A stretch of 64,000 bases of DNA, from positions 2,304,001 through 2,368,000 of the forward strand of contig OZ242029.1 of NCBI GenBank assembly GCA_965205015.1, read 5' to 3'. A program made the translations under genes and the position numbers. The notes beneath the pieces are model-generated. The model did no database searches, was not told the origin of the DNA, and saw only the letters and a program-made list of their open reading frames with translations. This document shows positions 1 to 8,736 of this stretch, piece by piece (the stretch's first letter is position 1; each line of letters begins with the position of its first letter). This stretch comes from Candidatus Poribacteria bacterium. Its GTDB lineage: Bacteria > Poribacteria > WGA-4E > WGA-3G.

Positions 1-434
1 TATTCACTGGCACTGGCGCGTAACAAGTAAGCACCCATCGCGCCGTTCAGCAACGGAAGTATGGCATCAAAGAGAATCCATACGAACTGTCGAGTGCCCA
101 TGTTGACAGCAGTGAAGTCTGACCCGATATCGCTGATACCGAACCAGTTCCAGAGGAAGATGATCGCCGCGAACATAAACCCATAGAACATTGTGTTCGC
201 CGCTATAAACTCTTGGACGCTTGCATCCGCACCGGCACGGCTCATGCGACTGTAACTGAAAATCACGCCCAGTATTATTGAAATAGCAGAGAGCCAGTTG
301 ATATAGTCCCAAGCAGAACTGTGCGGACTATCTTCGGTGGAAGTATGGTAAATCGGCTCAAGTACTGTTTGAATGGCGACTATCGCCGCGATGATGATAA
401 GCGCAACGCCTATAACTCGTTTGAGGGCTTCCAT
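1..434 (-). CDS. Hypothetical 4-TM membrane protein, 144 aa (MEALKRVIGVALIII...LLRASASE); probable stop codon cut by the window edge
   Basis: Not in the ORF track; translated by hand. ATG at 434 with AAGGAG RBS, open frame to position 3, four hydrophobic segments, last two bases read TA. Confidence 0.8.
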   Translation of the reverse strand, partial: MEALKRVIGVALIIIAAIVAIQTVLEPIYHTSTEDSPHSSAWDYINWLSAISIILGVIFSYSRMSRAGADASVQEFIAANTMFYGFMFAAIIFLWNWFGISDIGSDFTAVNMGTRQFVWILFDAILPLLNGAMGAYLLRASASE

Positions 435-590
435 GATTTTCTCCTTTTCCCTTAGAGGGATAGTTAAATCCTGTCCCAAGCATCGAAGTTAGGTCCATCA
501 TTTGTTTACAAAGAAATCCACCAAATTCGCCTGCATTATACATTTTACAACATATATAGTCAAATTTTTGCGAAAAAGTATCTCGGGATG

Positions 591-1499
591 TTAAAAGCGA
601 AGGAATGTCTCAATCTCCGCAGCATACCTCTCAAAATCACGCGCAGCGAGAGATTTTAGATTGTCCAACTGCGTAAGGGTATCCAACTCCCAGAAATCAA
701 TTTCTGGATTGATTCGCAGATAATTCTTCTTTAACAGCAGTTTTGCTGTATTCGCGGAGGCTTGAGATTGAAGCGTCATCACATAGGAGGTCAACTTCGC
801 ACCAGCCCACCCCGTGATGAATCCCCATCCGCGTCTGTTGCGATACATATCCACTGAATGTCCCGTGCCAACGGATAGCATCCGAACCTCTTGTGCCTCT
901 TTCCCAAACACCGAGAGTGCCTCTGTGAAAGCGACCGTGGACGGATTGTTTGCCCAGAGACCGCCATCTGCTAACAGGAACTTGCCAACGGATTTTGGCG
1001 CGAAAAATGTAGGCGCGGCACAGGAAGCGAGGATTGCCTCTCTCAGGCTCACATCTTTACCTGTAGGAGCGATCTCCGAATCGCGACATCCATAATTGGA
1101 TCTAAAAATGTGAACTTCACTTTTGGAAATCTCTGAACTCGTTATCATCAACGGGTTTGCTATTTCGTGAAGAGGCGTTGGGGGGATATGCTTCGCGAGA
1201 ATCTGTGCGAGCGGCTCACTCGGATATTTACTGAGAAACAGCGGAATGCGATACCATCTCCTTCGGAAGATATAAGGGGTTTCCGTCTCAAAAAGTTCGA
1301 CAATCTCTGGCATAGGAATGTCGGAGACGGCGGCACCAGCGATGATTGCTCCCGTGCTTGTCCCAGCAATAAGATCAAAACAGGTTCTGATGTGTGTCCC
1401 AAAAGCCTGTTCAATGTTGGCAAGGAGTTGAGCGGTGTATATGCCGCGAGTGCCACCGCCATCTAACGCGAGGATGTGGAAGGTGTCTGTGTTGCTCAT
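591..1499 (-). CDS. Patatin-like phospholipase (CapV-like subfamily)
   Basis: DGGGTRG oxyanion motif, GTSTG nucleophile elbow, DGGLWANNPS catalytic Asp motif. Start chosen at MSNTD (1499). Confidence 0.9.
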   Translation of the reverse strand: MSNTDTFHILALDGGGTRGIYTAQLLANIEQAFGTHIRTCFDLIAGTSTGAIIAGAAVSDIPMPEIVELFETETPYIFRRRWYRIPLFLSKYPSEPLAQILAKHIPPTPLHEIANPLMITSSEISKSEVHIFRSNYGCRDSEIAPTGKDVSLREAILASCAAPTFFAPKSVGKFLLADGGLWANNPSTVAFTEALSVFGKEAQEVRMLSVGTGHSVDMYRNRRGWGFITGWAGAKLTSYVMTLQSQASANTAKLLLKKNYLRINPEIDFWELDTLTQLDNLKSLAARDFERYAAEIETFLRF

Positions 1500-1608
1500 T
1501 GGTTGTTTCCTGATATATCTCATACATCGATTTTTCTTTATCTCTTTATCTTTGTATGCTAACTCAAAATACCATACCTTTCTGCCGAAATCAACTGAAT
1601 TTTGGCAC

Positions 1609-1638
1609 TTGACACAAACCCACAATTTCTGCTAAAAT
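1609..1638 (+). promoter_or_regulatory. Sigma70-type promoter of the sod operon
   Basis: TTGACA-18 bp-TAAAAT with an extended TG, about 30 bp upstream of the sod ATG. Confidence 0.6.
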
Positions 1639-1669
1639 GCTTGTCAAAACAGCAGGACAGGGAGAACCC

Positions 1670-2374
1670 ATGAACCGTAGAAACTTTTTAATTCACGGAA
1701 GCACCGCGTTAGCGGGACTTTTCGTTGCGCATAGTCCCCTGCGTGTATATGCCAACCATCACGAAGGTCAGCAATTACCACCCTTACCTTACGCCTACGA
1801 TGCGCTTGAACCGCATATTGACAAGCGCACCATGGAAATCCATCATGGGAAACACCACCAGGGCTACGTCAATAAACTCAACGCAGCAGTCGCACGCAGC
1901 CATGACCTGATGCACATGTCGCTTGAAGGCATGCTCCGAAATATTGAAAGGGTGCCGAAGCATCTCCGACAAGCCGTTATCAACAGCGGCGGTGGACACG
2001 CCAACCATACGCTTTTCTGGAGTATTATGATTCCGGGAGGCAGCGAACCGACAGGTAAAGTCGCCGAAGCCATTCAATCCACTTTCGGTTCCTTTGATGC
2101 CGGCAGTGAAATGTTCGTCAAAGCAGCGAAAACGCATTTCGGGTCAGGATGGGCATGGCTCGTTGTCGACGAAAACAAGAAGTTGCAGATCTACTCAACA
2201 TCGAATCAGGATAGCCCACTGATGAAGGGGCATACCCCTATCCTCGGTCTCGATGTCTGGGAACACGCCTATTATCTCAATTATCAGAACCGACGCGCCG
2301 ACTACGTTGATGCGTGGGGCAAAGTCGTCAATTGGGAGCAGGTCAACACCAACTATCTCGCAGCAATGAAGTGA
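1670..2374 (+). CDS. sodA: Mn/Fe superoxide dismutase (Mn-type signature) with Tat signal peptide
   Basis: [51 protein letters not shown]-terminal MNRRNFL twin-arginine leader; GGAG RBS. Confidence 0.93.
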   Translation: MNRRNFLIHGSTALAGLFVAHSPLRVYANHHEGQQLPPLPYAYDALEPHIDKRTMEIHHGKHHQGYVNKLNAAVARSHDLMHMSLEGMLRNIERVPKHLRQAVINSGGGHANHTLFWSIMIPGGSEPTGKVAEAIQSTFGSFDAGSEMFVKAAKTHFGSGWAWLVVDENKKLQIYSTSNQDSPLMKGHTPILGLDVWEHAYYLNYQNRRADYVDAWGKVVNWEQVNTNYLAAMK

Positions 2375-2413
2375 TAACAAACATCGGCGCAGTTAAAGTA
2401 GAGAGGAGACACT

Positions 2414-3550
2414 ATGGAGCGTAGAGATTTTTTGCGGCAGAGCGGTTTAACGCTTACCGGGTTGCTGCTCAGCCCGTGGGCGGTCTACGCCTTCCCGAGT
2501 CGTGAAGGTGAAGTGCTTATTCCATTTACCGATCAGCCACCGGAACCGCCTTCAAAGCGCGGTTTACTGGATTGGGACGCGCTCGATTCCTTTATCACAC
2601 CGAACGCTGAATTCTTCAACGTTTCACATTACGGCAAACCTGAGGTAGACCTCGCGACGTGGAAGCTGGAAGTAAGTGGCTTGGTTGAAAACCCGCTGAT
2701 GTTCACGATTGAGGACATCAAAGCACGTCCCCGACAGGAGGTGACCTTTACGCTGGAATGCTCCGGTAACCACGGATTTCCAACGTTCACTGGTGGTATT
2801 GGCAACGCGAAATGGGCAGGGACACCCCTCGCACCGATTCTCAAAGAAGCCGGTATCCGAGAAAACGGCATTGAGGTCATCTTCTTCGGACACGATGTCG
2901 GGGAAGAGGAACGGCGTAAAGTGAAAATGCGTCAGAATTTCGCCCGAAGCATGTCCGTTGAAGACGCACTACAGGACACAAATCTCCTCTGCTATGAGAT
3001 GAACGGTGAACCGTTACCACACGCAAATGGGGCACCCTTGCGTCTGATCGCTCCCGGTTGGTATGGGATTGCCTGTGTCAAGTGGCTCAAACGCATTGAG
3101 GTGCGCGATACCCGGTACATGGGACGGTTCATGGGACGCGATTATGTCACGATACGCGAGGAGAAACGTCCGGATGGTGAATCGGTGTGGATGGAGACTT
3201 CGGTGGGTAGAACAAAGTTGAAATCGTTAGCGGCGAAGGTAACCCGTATCGGCGATAAATACCGTATCTACGGAGCCGCGTGGGGTGCTCCGATCCAAAC
3301 GGTTGAAGTGAGCATTGACGGAGGCGCATGGCAAAAGGCGACGATAGACTCGGAGGAGGACGCTGAATTCGCGTGGAAAATCTGGCATCTCGACTGGAAC
3401 AGCCCGTCGAAGGGGGAACACACCGTCGTCTCCAGAGCCATTGATACGATGGGAAACATCCAACCCGCGGGTGATTCCGACTACATTACTGGAAAGCACA
3501 CCTATTGGGAGAGCAACGGTCAGGTTATCCGCCGAGTCAATATTGAATAG
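2414..3550 (+). CDS. Sulfite oxidase family molybdoenzyme (SorA/SoxC-like) with Tat signal
   Basis: MERRDFL leader, TLECSGN Mo-ligand Cys, GNAKWAG, NGEPLPHANGAPLRLIAPGWYG, VKWL, C-terminal dimerisation domain. Confidence 0.9.
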   Translation: MERRDFLRQSGLTLTGLLLSPWAVYAFPSREGEVLIPFTDQPPEPPSKRGLLDWDALDSFITPNAEFFNVSHYGKPEVDLATWKLEVSGLVENPLMFTIEDIKARPRQEVTFTLECSGNHGFPTFTGGIGNAKWAGTPLAPILKEAGIRENGIEVIFFGHDVGEEERRKVKMRQNFARSMSVEDALQDTNLLCYEMNGEPLPHANGAPLRLIAPGWYGIACVKWLKRIEVRDTRYMGRFMGRDYVTIREEKRPDGESVWMETSVGRTKLKSLAAKVTRIGDKYRIYGAAWGAPIQTVEVSIDGGAWQKATIDSEEDAEFAWKIWHLDWNSPSKGEHTVVSRAIDTMGNIQPAGDSDYITGKHTYWESNGQVIRRVNIE

Positions 3551-3569
3551 AAGACTTTATGGAGATTGT

Positions 3570-4349
3570 ATGCACATAACCGATGTACAAAAACAGCAAT
3601 TCCAAGAGGAAGGCTATTTCATTTTAGAGAATGTGATCCCAGAACCGCTGCTGGAACTGCTCCGCGGTGAATGCGGAACCTTTATCGATCAGATGGATGC
3701 CGATATGGACCGGCAGGACACGGATGTCCTCGGCATCAATCATCGCAACAAACGCTATTTCGTCTCAAACTGCTTCAGGAAACAGCCGAAACTTCGCGAA
3801 TTCCTATTCAGCGATTTAATGGCGGAAGTCTGCCGTGCCACCTTAGGCGAGACGGCGTACCTTTTCTGGGAACAGTATGTCGTCAAAGGCGCAGAAGCCG
3901 GGATGAAGTTCAGCTGGCACCAGGATTCAGGCTACGTCGGTTATCCTGACCATAAGCCGTATCTTACCTGTTGGTGCGCACTCGATGATATGTCCGAAGA
4001 GAACGGCACCGTCTACGTGATGCCATTTTCGAGTATCGGCATCCGTTCATGGGTGAAGCATATCCGTGAAGCGGGAAGCAACGATATGGTGGGTTATTTC
4101 GGACCGGAAAAAGGGGTACCTGCGATTGTGCCTGCGGGCAGCATTGTCGCCTTCACGAGTATCAATTTCCACTCCAGCGGCACAAACTACACGCCCAACC
4201 TGCGGCGTGCGTATCTTGCGCAGTATTCAGCGGAACCGCTCCTTTCACACGACGGGAGTCGGTTGTGGGGCAATGCAGAGCCATTGTTGCGGGATGGAAA
4301 GTCTGTTGTCGGGGAACCACCACCGGATATTACGTCGCGGTTTGATTGA
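3570..4349 (+). CDS. Phytanoyl-CoA dioxygenase (PhyH) family Fe(II)/2OG dioxygenase
   Basis: FQEEGYFILENV, WHQD, WCALDD..EENG, distal H in FHSSG..N; GGAG RBS. Confidence 0.9.
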   Translation: MHITDVQKQQFQEEGYFILENVIPEPLLELLRGECGTFIDQMDADMDRQDTDVLGINHRNKRYFVSNCFRKQPKLREFLFSDLMAEVCRATLGETAYLFWEQYVVKGAEAGMKFSWHQDSGYVGYPDHKPYLTCWCALDDMSEENGTVYVMPFSSIGIRSWVKHIREAGSNDMVGYFGPEKGVPAIVPAGSIVAFTSINFHSSGTNYTPNLRRAYLAQYSAEPLLSHDGSRLWGNAEPLLRDGKSVVGEPPPDITSRFD

Positions 4350-4401
4350 TGAGAGTTGGTCGGCGGACTGTTTTGCTAAACAGATTTACATTATCTCTGA
4401 T

Positions 4402-6621
4402 TCACTCAGTGTTATCAAGTTCTTGAAGCGATTGCTCTATCTCAGCTTTAAGGTCTTGATTGTCCGTATCTTCTGCCAATTCCAAGGCTTTCTGGAAATC
4501 CGCTTTTGCTGCCTGATCTCTGCCTAGGAGAGCGTTTGCTTTGCCTCGGGTATCATATGCTTCGGCATAATTCGGACTTAGGCGGAGGGCTTCGGTACAG
4601 TCAGTAATAGCATTCTCATATTCGCTCAGTAAGATTTTGGCAATCCCGCGGTTACGATAGGCATAGATATCATCGGGATTTAACTGGATAGCCTTATTAA
4701 GATCAGCAATAGCAGCCTCATATTCCCCTAATTTACTTTTATCAATGCCTCGGTTATGGTAGGCATGGGCATCATTTGAATTAATCTTAATAGCCTCGCT
4801 ATAATCTTGGATGGCAGCCTCATGTCTTCCTAACTGCCCCTTCACATATCCACGATTATAATAAGTAACAGCATCCGGATTTAATTGGATAGTCTTGTTG
4901 TAGTCAGCAATAGCAGCCTCATATTCCCCTAGTTCACGCTTTGCGTCCGCCCTGTCTTTGTAGGCTTGTGCCAAAGTGGGGTTAACCTTAATGGCCTCGT
5001 CATAGTCAGCAATAGCCTTTATGTATCGCCCTATGGTGCTTTTCACATTGCCACGAAGGATATAGGCAAGATCTATATGATTTAGAGAACGATCAGATTT
5101 AATCTGGATAGCTTTATCAAGATCATCAATCGCAGTTTCATATTGACCTCTTATGAATTTTACACCCCCTCGCATGGTGTAGGCAAAGCCTATATGGTTT
5201 ACAGCAGGATCAGGTTTTAGCCGAATGGCTTGGTCGATATCTACAATAGCAGCGTCGTATTGTTTCCTCGTGAACTGTGCTATTCCTCGTATAAGGTAGG
5301 CATAGGGAGCGTCTACTTTGAGTTGAATGCTCTTATCAAAATCAGCAAGTGCAGCTTCAAACATATTTTCGCCGAGTTTGCTAAGTCCTCGCCTAAAGTA
5401 AGCGTCCGCGTCATCTGATTTATGGCGTATTACTTCGTCATAGTCAGCGACAGCAGCCTCATGTAGACCTAATGCAGCCCTCGCGTGTCCACGCATAACA
5501 TAAGTTGCAACATCACTTGGATTGTGCCGGAGAGCTTCGTTAAAATCACCAATAGCCTCTTCATATTCTTTGCGGGCATTCCTTGCACCACCGCGAGCGG
5601 TGTAAGCAAGATAGATGGAAGGATCATCCAAATTTAATCGGAGGGCTTCATCAGCATCAGCAATAGCAGTCTCATATTGACCCAGTAATCTATTTATACC
5701 ACTGCGAATGAGATAAGCGAAGTAAACACAAACTTCATCTGAATCCAATTGGATAACTTTGTCAAAATCAGCAATAGCAGCCTCATATTGACTCAGCGTG
5801 CACTTTACATTGGCGAGCTTAAGATAGGCATAAGGATCAGCTGGGTTAATCCGAATGGCTTCATTGAAGTCAGCAACCGCGGATTCATACTGCCCAAGCG
5901 AGTATTTTGCCTCGCCACAGTAATAGTAGGTTTCAGCAGAATCAGGTTTTAGCCCAATTGATTGATGGTAAGCGAGAATTGCTTCTTCTTTTTTATCTCC
6001 TGCGAAAAGAGAGTTACCGATGGAGAAAAATGCCTCCGCTGCGAGCACGTTGAGGGGTTTTTCCGGCAACCCGGTAGGATTATCGTGTCGATCCTCATTT
6101 TTTATGTTGTCTGGATTTGTGCCTTCTGTTAGTTCAGGAAACAGATCTGTCAATTTTGGAAAGTGCTCGTTCTCATATTCCGTGATAAGAATACCGATGA
6201 AATCCATTAATGGTGCCAAGGGATGCTTTTCATCGTCACCGACGACATAGATTAACTCTTTCAATACCGTATCAAGTTGTTTGTAGTCGGTTTCGGTTAG
6301 TGTAGTGAAGCTGTTATTTGCATTCCGATTCGCTATATCGGTTAACTCTTCAAGGACCTCTACAAGCCATTGGTAGTCGCTTTCCGGATATGAAGCGGAT
6401 TCAACCTGTTGCTGTACTGATGCTTGCACCGGTTCGGAAAATAATATGGGAATTTCAGGAGCGTTCTCCCACATCAGTGTTTGTAGATGTTCAGAACTGA
6501 ATTCAGCAATTGTTTGCTTTTGGAGGAACGCACTAATGTCTGTTTTCTCAAATAGGACATTAAGTCCCAAAGAAATTGGTGTTGGTGATACATTTTGTGT
6601 AGGAGATTTTTCAATTAACAT
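4402..6621 (-). CDS. HigA-type antitoxin N-terminal domain fused to 15 TPR repeats, no HTH
   Basis: aa ~107-155 TETDYKQLDTVLKELIYVVGDDEKHPLAPLMDFIGILITEYENEHFP resembles HigA N-termini. 15 TPR units counted from aa ~195. Starts 3 bp after the higB stop. Confidence 0.8.
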   Translation of the reverse strand: MLIEKSPTQNVSPTPISLGLNVLFEKTDISAFLQKQTIAEFSSEHLQTLMWENAPEIPILFSEPVQASVQQQVESASYPESDYQWLVEVLEELTDIANRNANNSFTTLTETDYKQLDTVLKELIYVVGDDEKHPLAPLMDFIGILITEYENEHFPKLTDLFPELTEGTNPDNIKNEDRHDNPTGLPEKPLNVLAAEAFFSIGNSLFAGDKKEEAILAYHQSIGLKPDSAETYYYCGEAKYSLGQYESAVADFNEAIRINPADPYAYLKLANVKCTLSQYEAAIADFDKVIQLDSDEVCVYFAYLIRSGINRLLGQYETAIADADEALRLNLDDPSIYLAYTARGGARNARKEYEEAIGDFNEALRHNPSDVATYVMRGHARAALGLHEAAVADYDEVIRHKSDDADAYFRRGLSKLGENMFEAALADFDKSIQLKVDAPYAYLIRGIAQFTRKQYDAAIVDIDQAIRLKPDPAVNHIGFAYTMRGGVKFIRGQYETAIDDLDKAIQIKSDRSLNHIDLAYILRGNVKSTIGRYIKAIADYDEAIKVNPTLAQAYKDRADAKRELGEYEAAIADYNKTIQLNPDAVTYYNRGYVKGQLGRHEAAIQDYSEAIKINSNDAHAYHNRGIDKSKLGEYEAAIADLNKAIQLNPDDIYAYRNRGIAKILLSEYENAITDCTEALRLSPNYAEAYDTRGKANALLGRDQAAKADFQKALELAEDTDNQDLKAEIEQSLQELDNTE

Positions 6622-6624
6622 GGT

Positions 6625-6945
6625 TTACCTTCTCCAATTTCCTGTATCATACTCATCGTGCGTTAGCACCTGATCGATAATCACAACCTGCTTCGTGTAT
6701 TGTACAACCGCAATGAGACGGGCATCGTTGCCACTAATATTGAAAACCGTTAGTGTTACCGATTCGCGATTAAATCTTCGGGGTTGTACCTTCACCGGTG
6801 AAACGCGTCCGAACGTTTCACGCAGGTCAATAATTGACTTAAAACTTCCTTCTCTTATCACTTGAGCCCAATGGTTGAGGGAGGCACGAGTATTCGGATG
6901 TCGCTTTGCAAATTTCGCTAACTCATTTTCTCTAACAATTCGCAT
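6625..6945 (-). CDS. higB: HigB family mRNA interferase toxin
   Basis: MRIV...L.KFAKRHP...L.HW, VFNISGNDARLIAVVQY, VLTHDEYD.G.W. Confidence 0.9.
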   Translation of the reverse strand: MRIVRENELAKFAKRHPNTRASLNHWAQVIREGSFKSIIDLRETFGRVSPVKVQPRRFNRESVTLTVFNISGNDARLIAVVQYTKQVVIIDQVLTHDEYDTGNWRR

Positions 6946-7076
6946 AAAAGGGCCGTGTAGTGTGTTTGTTGAATTAAGGACTGCGTATGTTTTTGAAATA
7001 CCAGCAGAGGAACCGCCGGCACGGCCGATAGTAAAATTACATTATCTTATTCGATCTGTCCCTCAAGACCGCTAAT

Positions 7077-7105
7077 ATTATACCACGTGAAAATCTATAT
7101 GACAA
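7077..7105 (-). promoter_or_regulatory. Sigma70-type promoter of the higB operon
   Basis: Minus strand TTGTCA-17 bp-TATAAT with an extended TG. Confidence 0.6.
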
Positions 7106-7143
7106 AAGAATTGCGTTGATAGAGCAGCACCCTTAAGTTGTTT

Positions 7144-8436
7144 CTATTGGTCTGGCGCGAGTTTACCGCTAACGTTACTAACCGAATGACGACTAAATCC
7201 GGTCAGATAATCCCCAATCTTATCTTGAAGACTTCGTGCAAGTCTTGCTGGACCGATATAATGACTGATGAGGATACCGAACGCGAACACCTCATCGTCT
7301 GCTGTCACGGTGTAGCCAGCCAGCGCAGATACCCCGCTCAACGTCCCTGTCTTCGCACGTAGGACCTTTTCGGCGGACATCCCTTGCATCCGATTTTTCA
7401 AGGTGCCATCAACACCCGCAATCGGCAGCGATGCCAGAAACTCCGGCATCACCTCGAAATTGTGATACATATAGACGAGCAACTTCGTGAGCAATTCGGC
7501 ATTGAGAAGGTTGTATCGAGAGAGTCCAGAACCGTCAACGAACCGGTGTATCGGCGGCTCGTCCATGATTTCTGCTAAAAACCCACCGACAACGTCTCTC
7601 CCCTTTTTCCATGTCCCCGGTTCACTGATAACTTCAGCACCGATCGTTTTGAAAAGCAATTCGGCGGTCCAGTTGTCACTCGGTTTGTTCATCAACTTGA
7701 GGATGTCGGCGAGCGGCGGTGATAGATGCTTGCCGACCCGATGTGCATCTGGGGGCACTGTTCCTTGAACGACATCACCCATTACGTGAACGCCTTTTTC
7801 CATGAGCGCAGTTTTCAAGAGGTGTCCACAGGCGAGTGCCCTGCTCATTTTGTTCGCATCGGGTTCGACTTCTCGGATACTCAAAGCACTGATCCACAGC
7901 GGTCTATCGTCCCACATCCACCCTGGACCTTCCCAAATGGCATCGAGGTATGTGTCATCAACGACGATGTGATCCTGTATCGACTTGACACCCATTTGAA
8001 GCAGGGCATCTGTCAATTTTACAATGTCTTGAGGGCGGAGCACCGGATCAGCCCTGCCTTTTAGATAGATATTTCCTACGACGGCACCCTTCACAATGGT
8101 ATCCGCATAGAGTGTTGTCTCAAATTGATAGTCCGATCCCAATTTCGCTAAGGCAGTCGCTGCGGTGAAGAGTTTTGTTGTAGAGGCGGGATGGTGCAAC
8201 TTGTGGCTGTTTTTTTCGTAAATCACTTCCTCTGTTTCAACGGCAACAACCTTGATGCCGATGCTTGCAGTTGTGAACAAAACTTCCTCCAAGACGGCAT
8301 CGATATCGGTGTGTAGTTTTTTGAGCGGGTCTACAACGGGTGTCGGTGGTGCGGTTTGAATCGGCGTGGTAGTGAATATCCCACACCCTGAGAGCAACAC
8401 CGCACCGCAAAATAGAAAAATAGCAAAGGTCTTCAT
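7144..8436 (-). CDS. dacB: D-alanyl-D-alanine carboxypeptidase/endopeptidase PBP4 (peptidase S13), lipoprotein
   Basis: PASTTK (SxxK), SDN, KTGTL and DGSGLSR motifs; LSGC lipobox. Confidence 0.93.
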   Translation of the reverse strand: MKTFAIFLFCGAVLLSGCGIFTTTPIQTAPPTPVVDPLKKLHTDIDAVLEEVLFTTASIGIKVVAVETEEVIYEKNSHKLHHPASTTKLFTAATALAKLGSDYQFETTLYADTIVKGAVVGNIYLKGRADPVLRPQDIVKLTDALLQMGVKSIQDHIVVDDTYLDAIWEGPGWMWDDRPLWISALSIREVEPDANKMSRALACGHLLKTALMEKGVHVMGDVVQGTVPPDAHRVGKHLSPPLADILKLMNKPSDNWTAELLFKTIGAEVISEPGTWKKGRDVVGGFLAEIMDEPPIHRFVDGSGLSRYNLLNAELLTKLLVYMYHNFEVMPEFLASLPIAGVDGTLKNRMQGMSAEKVLRAKTGTLSGVSALAGYTVTADDEVFAFGILISHYIGPARLARSLQDKIGDYLTGFSRHSVSNVSGKLAPDQ

Positions 8437-8490
8437 GGTTTCTAATCATATCACAATTGGGTGAATTGTCAAAATAGAAATTGATGGGTT

Positions 8491-8524
8491 GGTTGTCAGT
8501 GATCGGTTATCAGTTGTCAGTAAG
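8491..8524 (+). repeat. Heptamer tandem repeat (TTGTCAG-like), copy 1
   Basis: ggttgtcagtgatcggttatcagttgtcagtaag; related arrays at 21555, 51926 and 56979. Confidence 0.55.
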
Positions 8525-8556
8525 TGATAGTAGAGGAGTGTCGGGTTTGAAAGAGA

Positions 8557-8578
8557 GGCGAGGTTGAGAAACCTCGCC
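8557..8578. repeat. REP-like palindrome
   Basis: GGCGAGGTT-gaga-AACCTCGCC perfect 9-bp stem, intergenic, no U-tract. Confidence 0.55.
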
Positions 8579-8610
8579 CAGTGTGGGAAGTTATGTAAGT
8601 CCTGCAAAAT

Positions 8611-8639
8611 TTGACTTTTCCCCTGAAATGTGATAAAAT
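8611..8639 (+). promoter_or_regulatory. Sigma70-type promoter of cimA
   Basis: TTGACT-17 bp-TAAAAT with an extended TG. Confidence 0.6.
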
Positions 8640-8736
8640 ATCAATAGGCAGATTAGACAGAAATTAGACGCGAAAATATAAAAGGGGACACTGAATTTTG
8701 GCGTAGCCTGAAGCCAAAACTTGCTGGAAAAACAAC

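Noticed and set aside
591-1625. Complete CBASS system
   Set aside because: No CD-NTase or Cap2/Cap3 genes adjacent; the ORF-track extension beyond 1499 overlaps the divergent promoter region.
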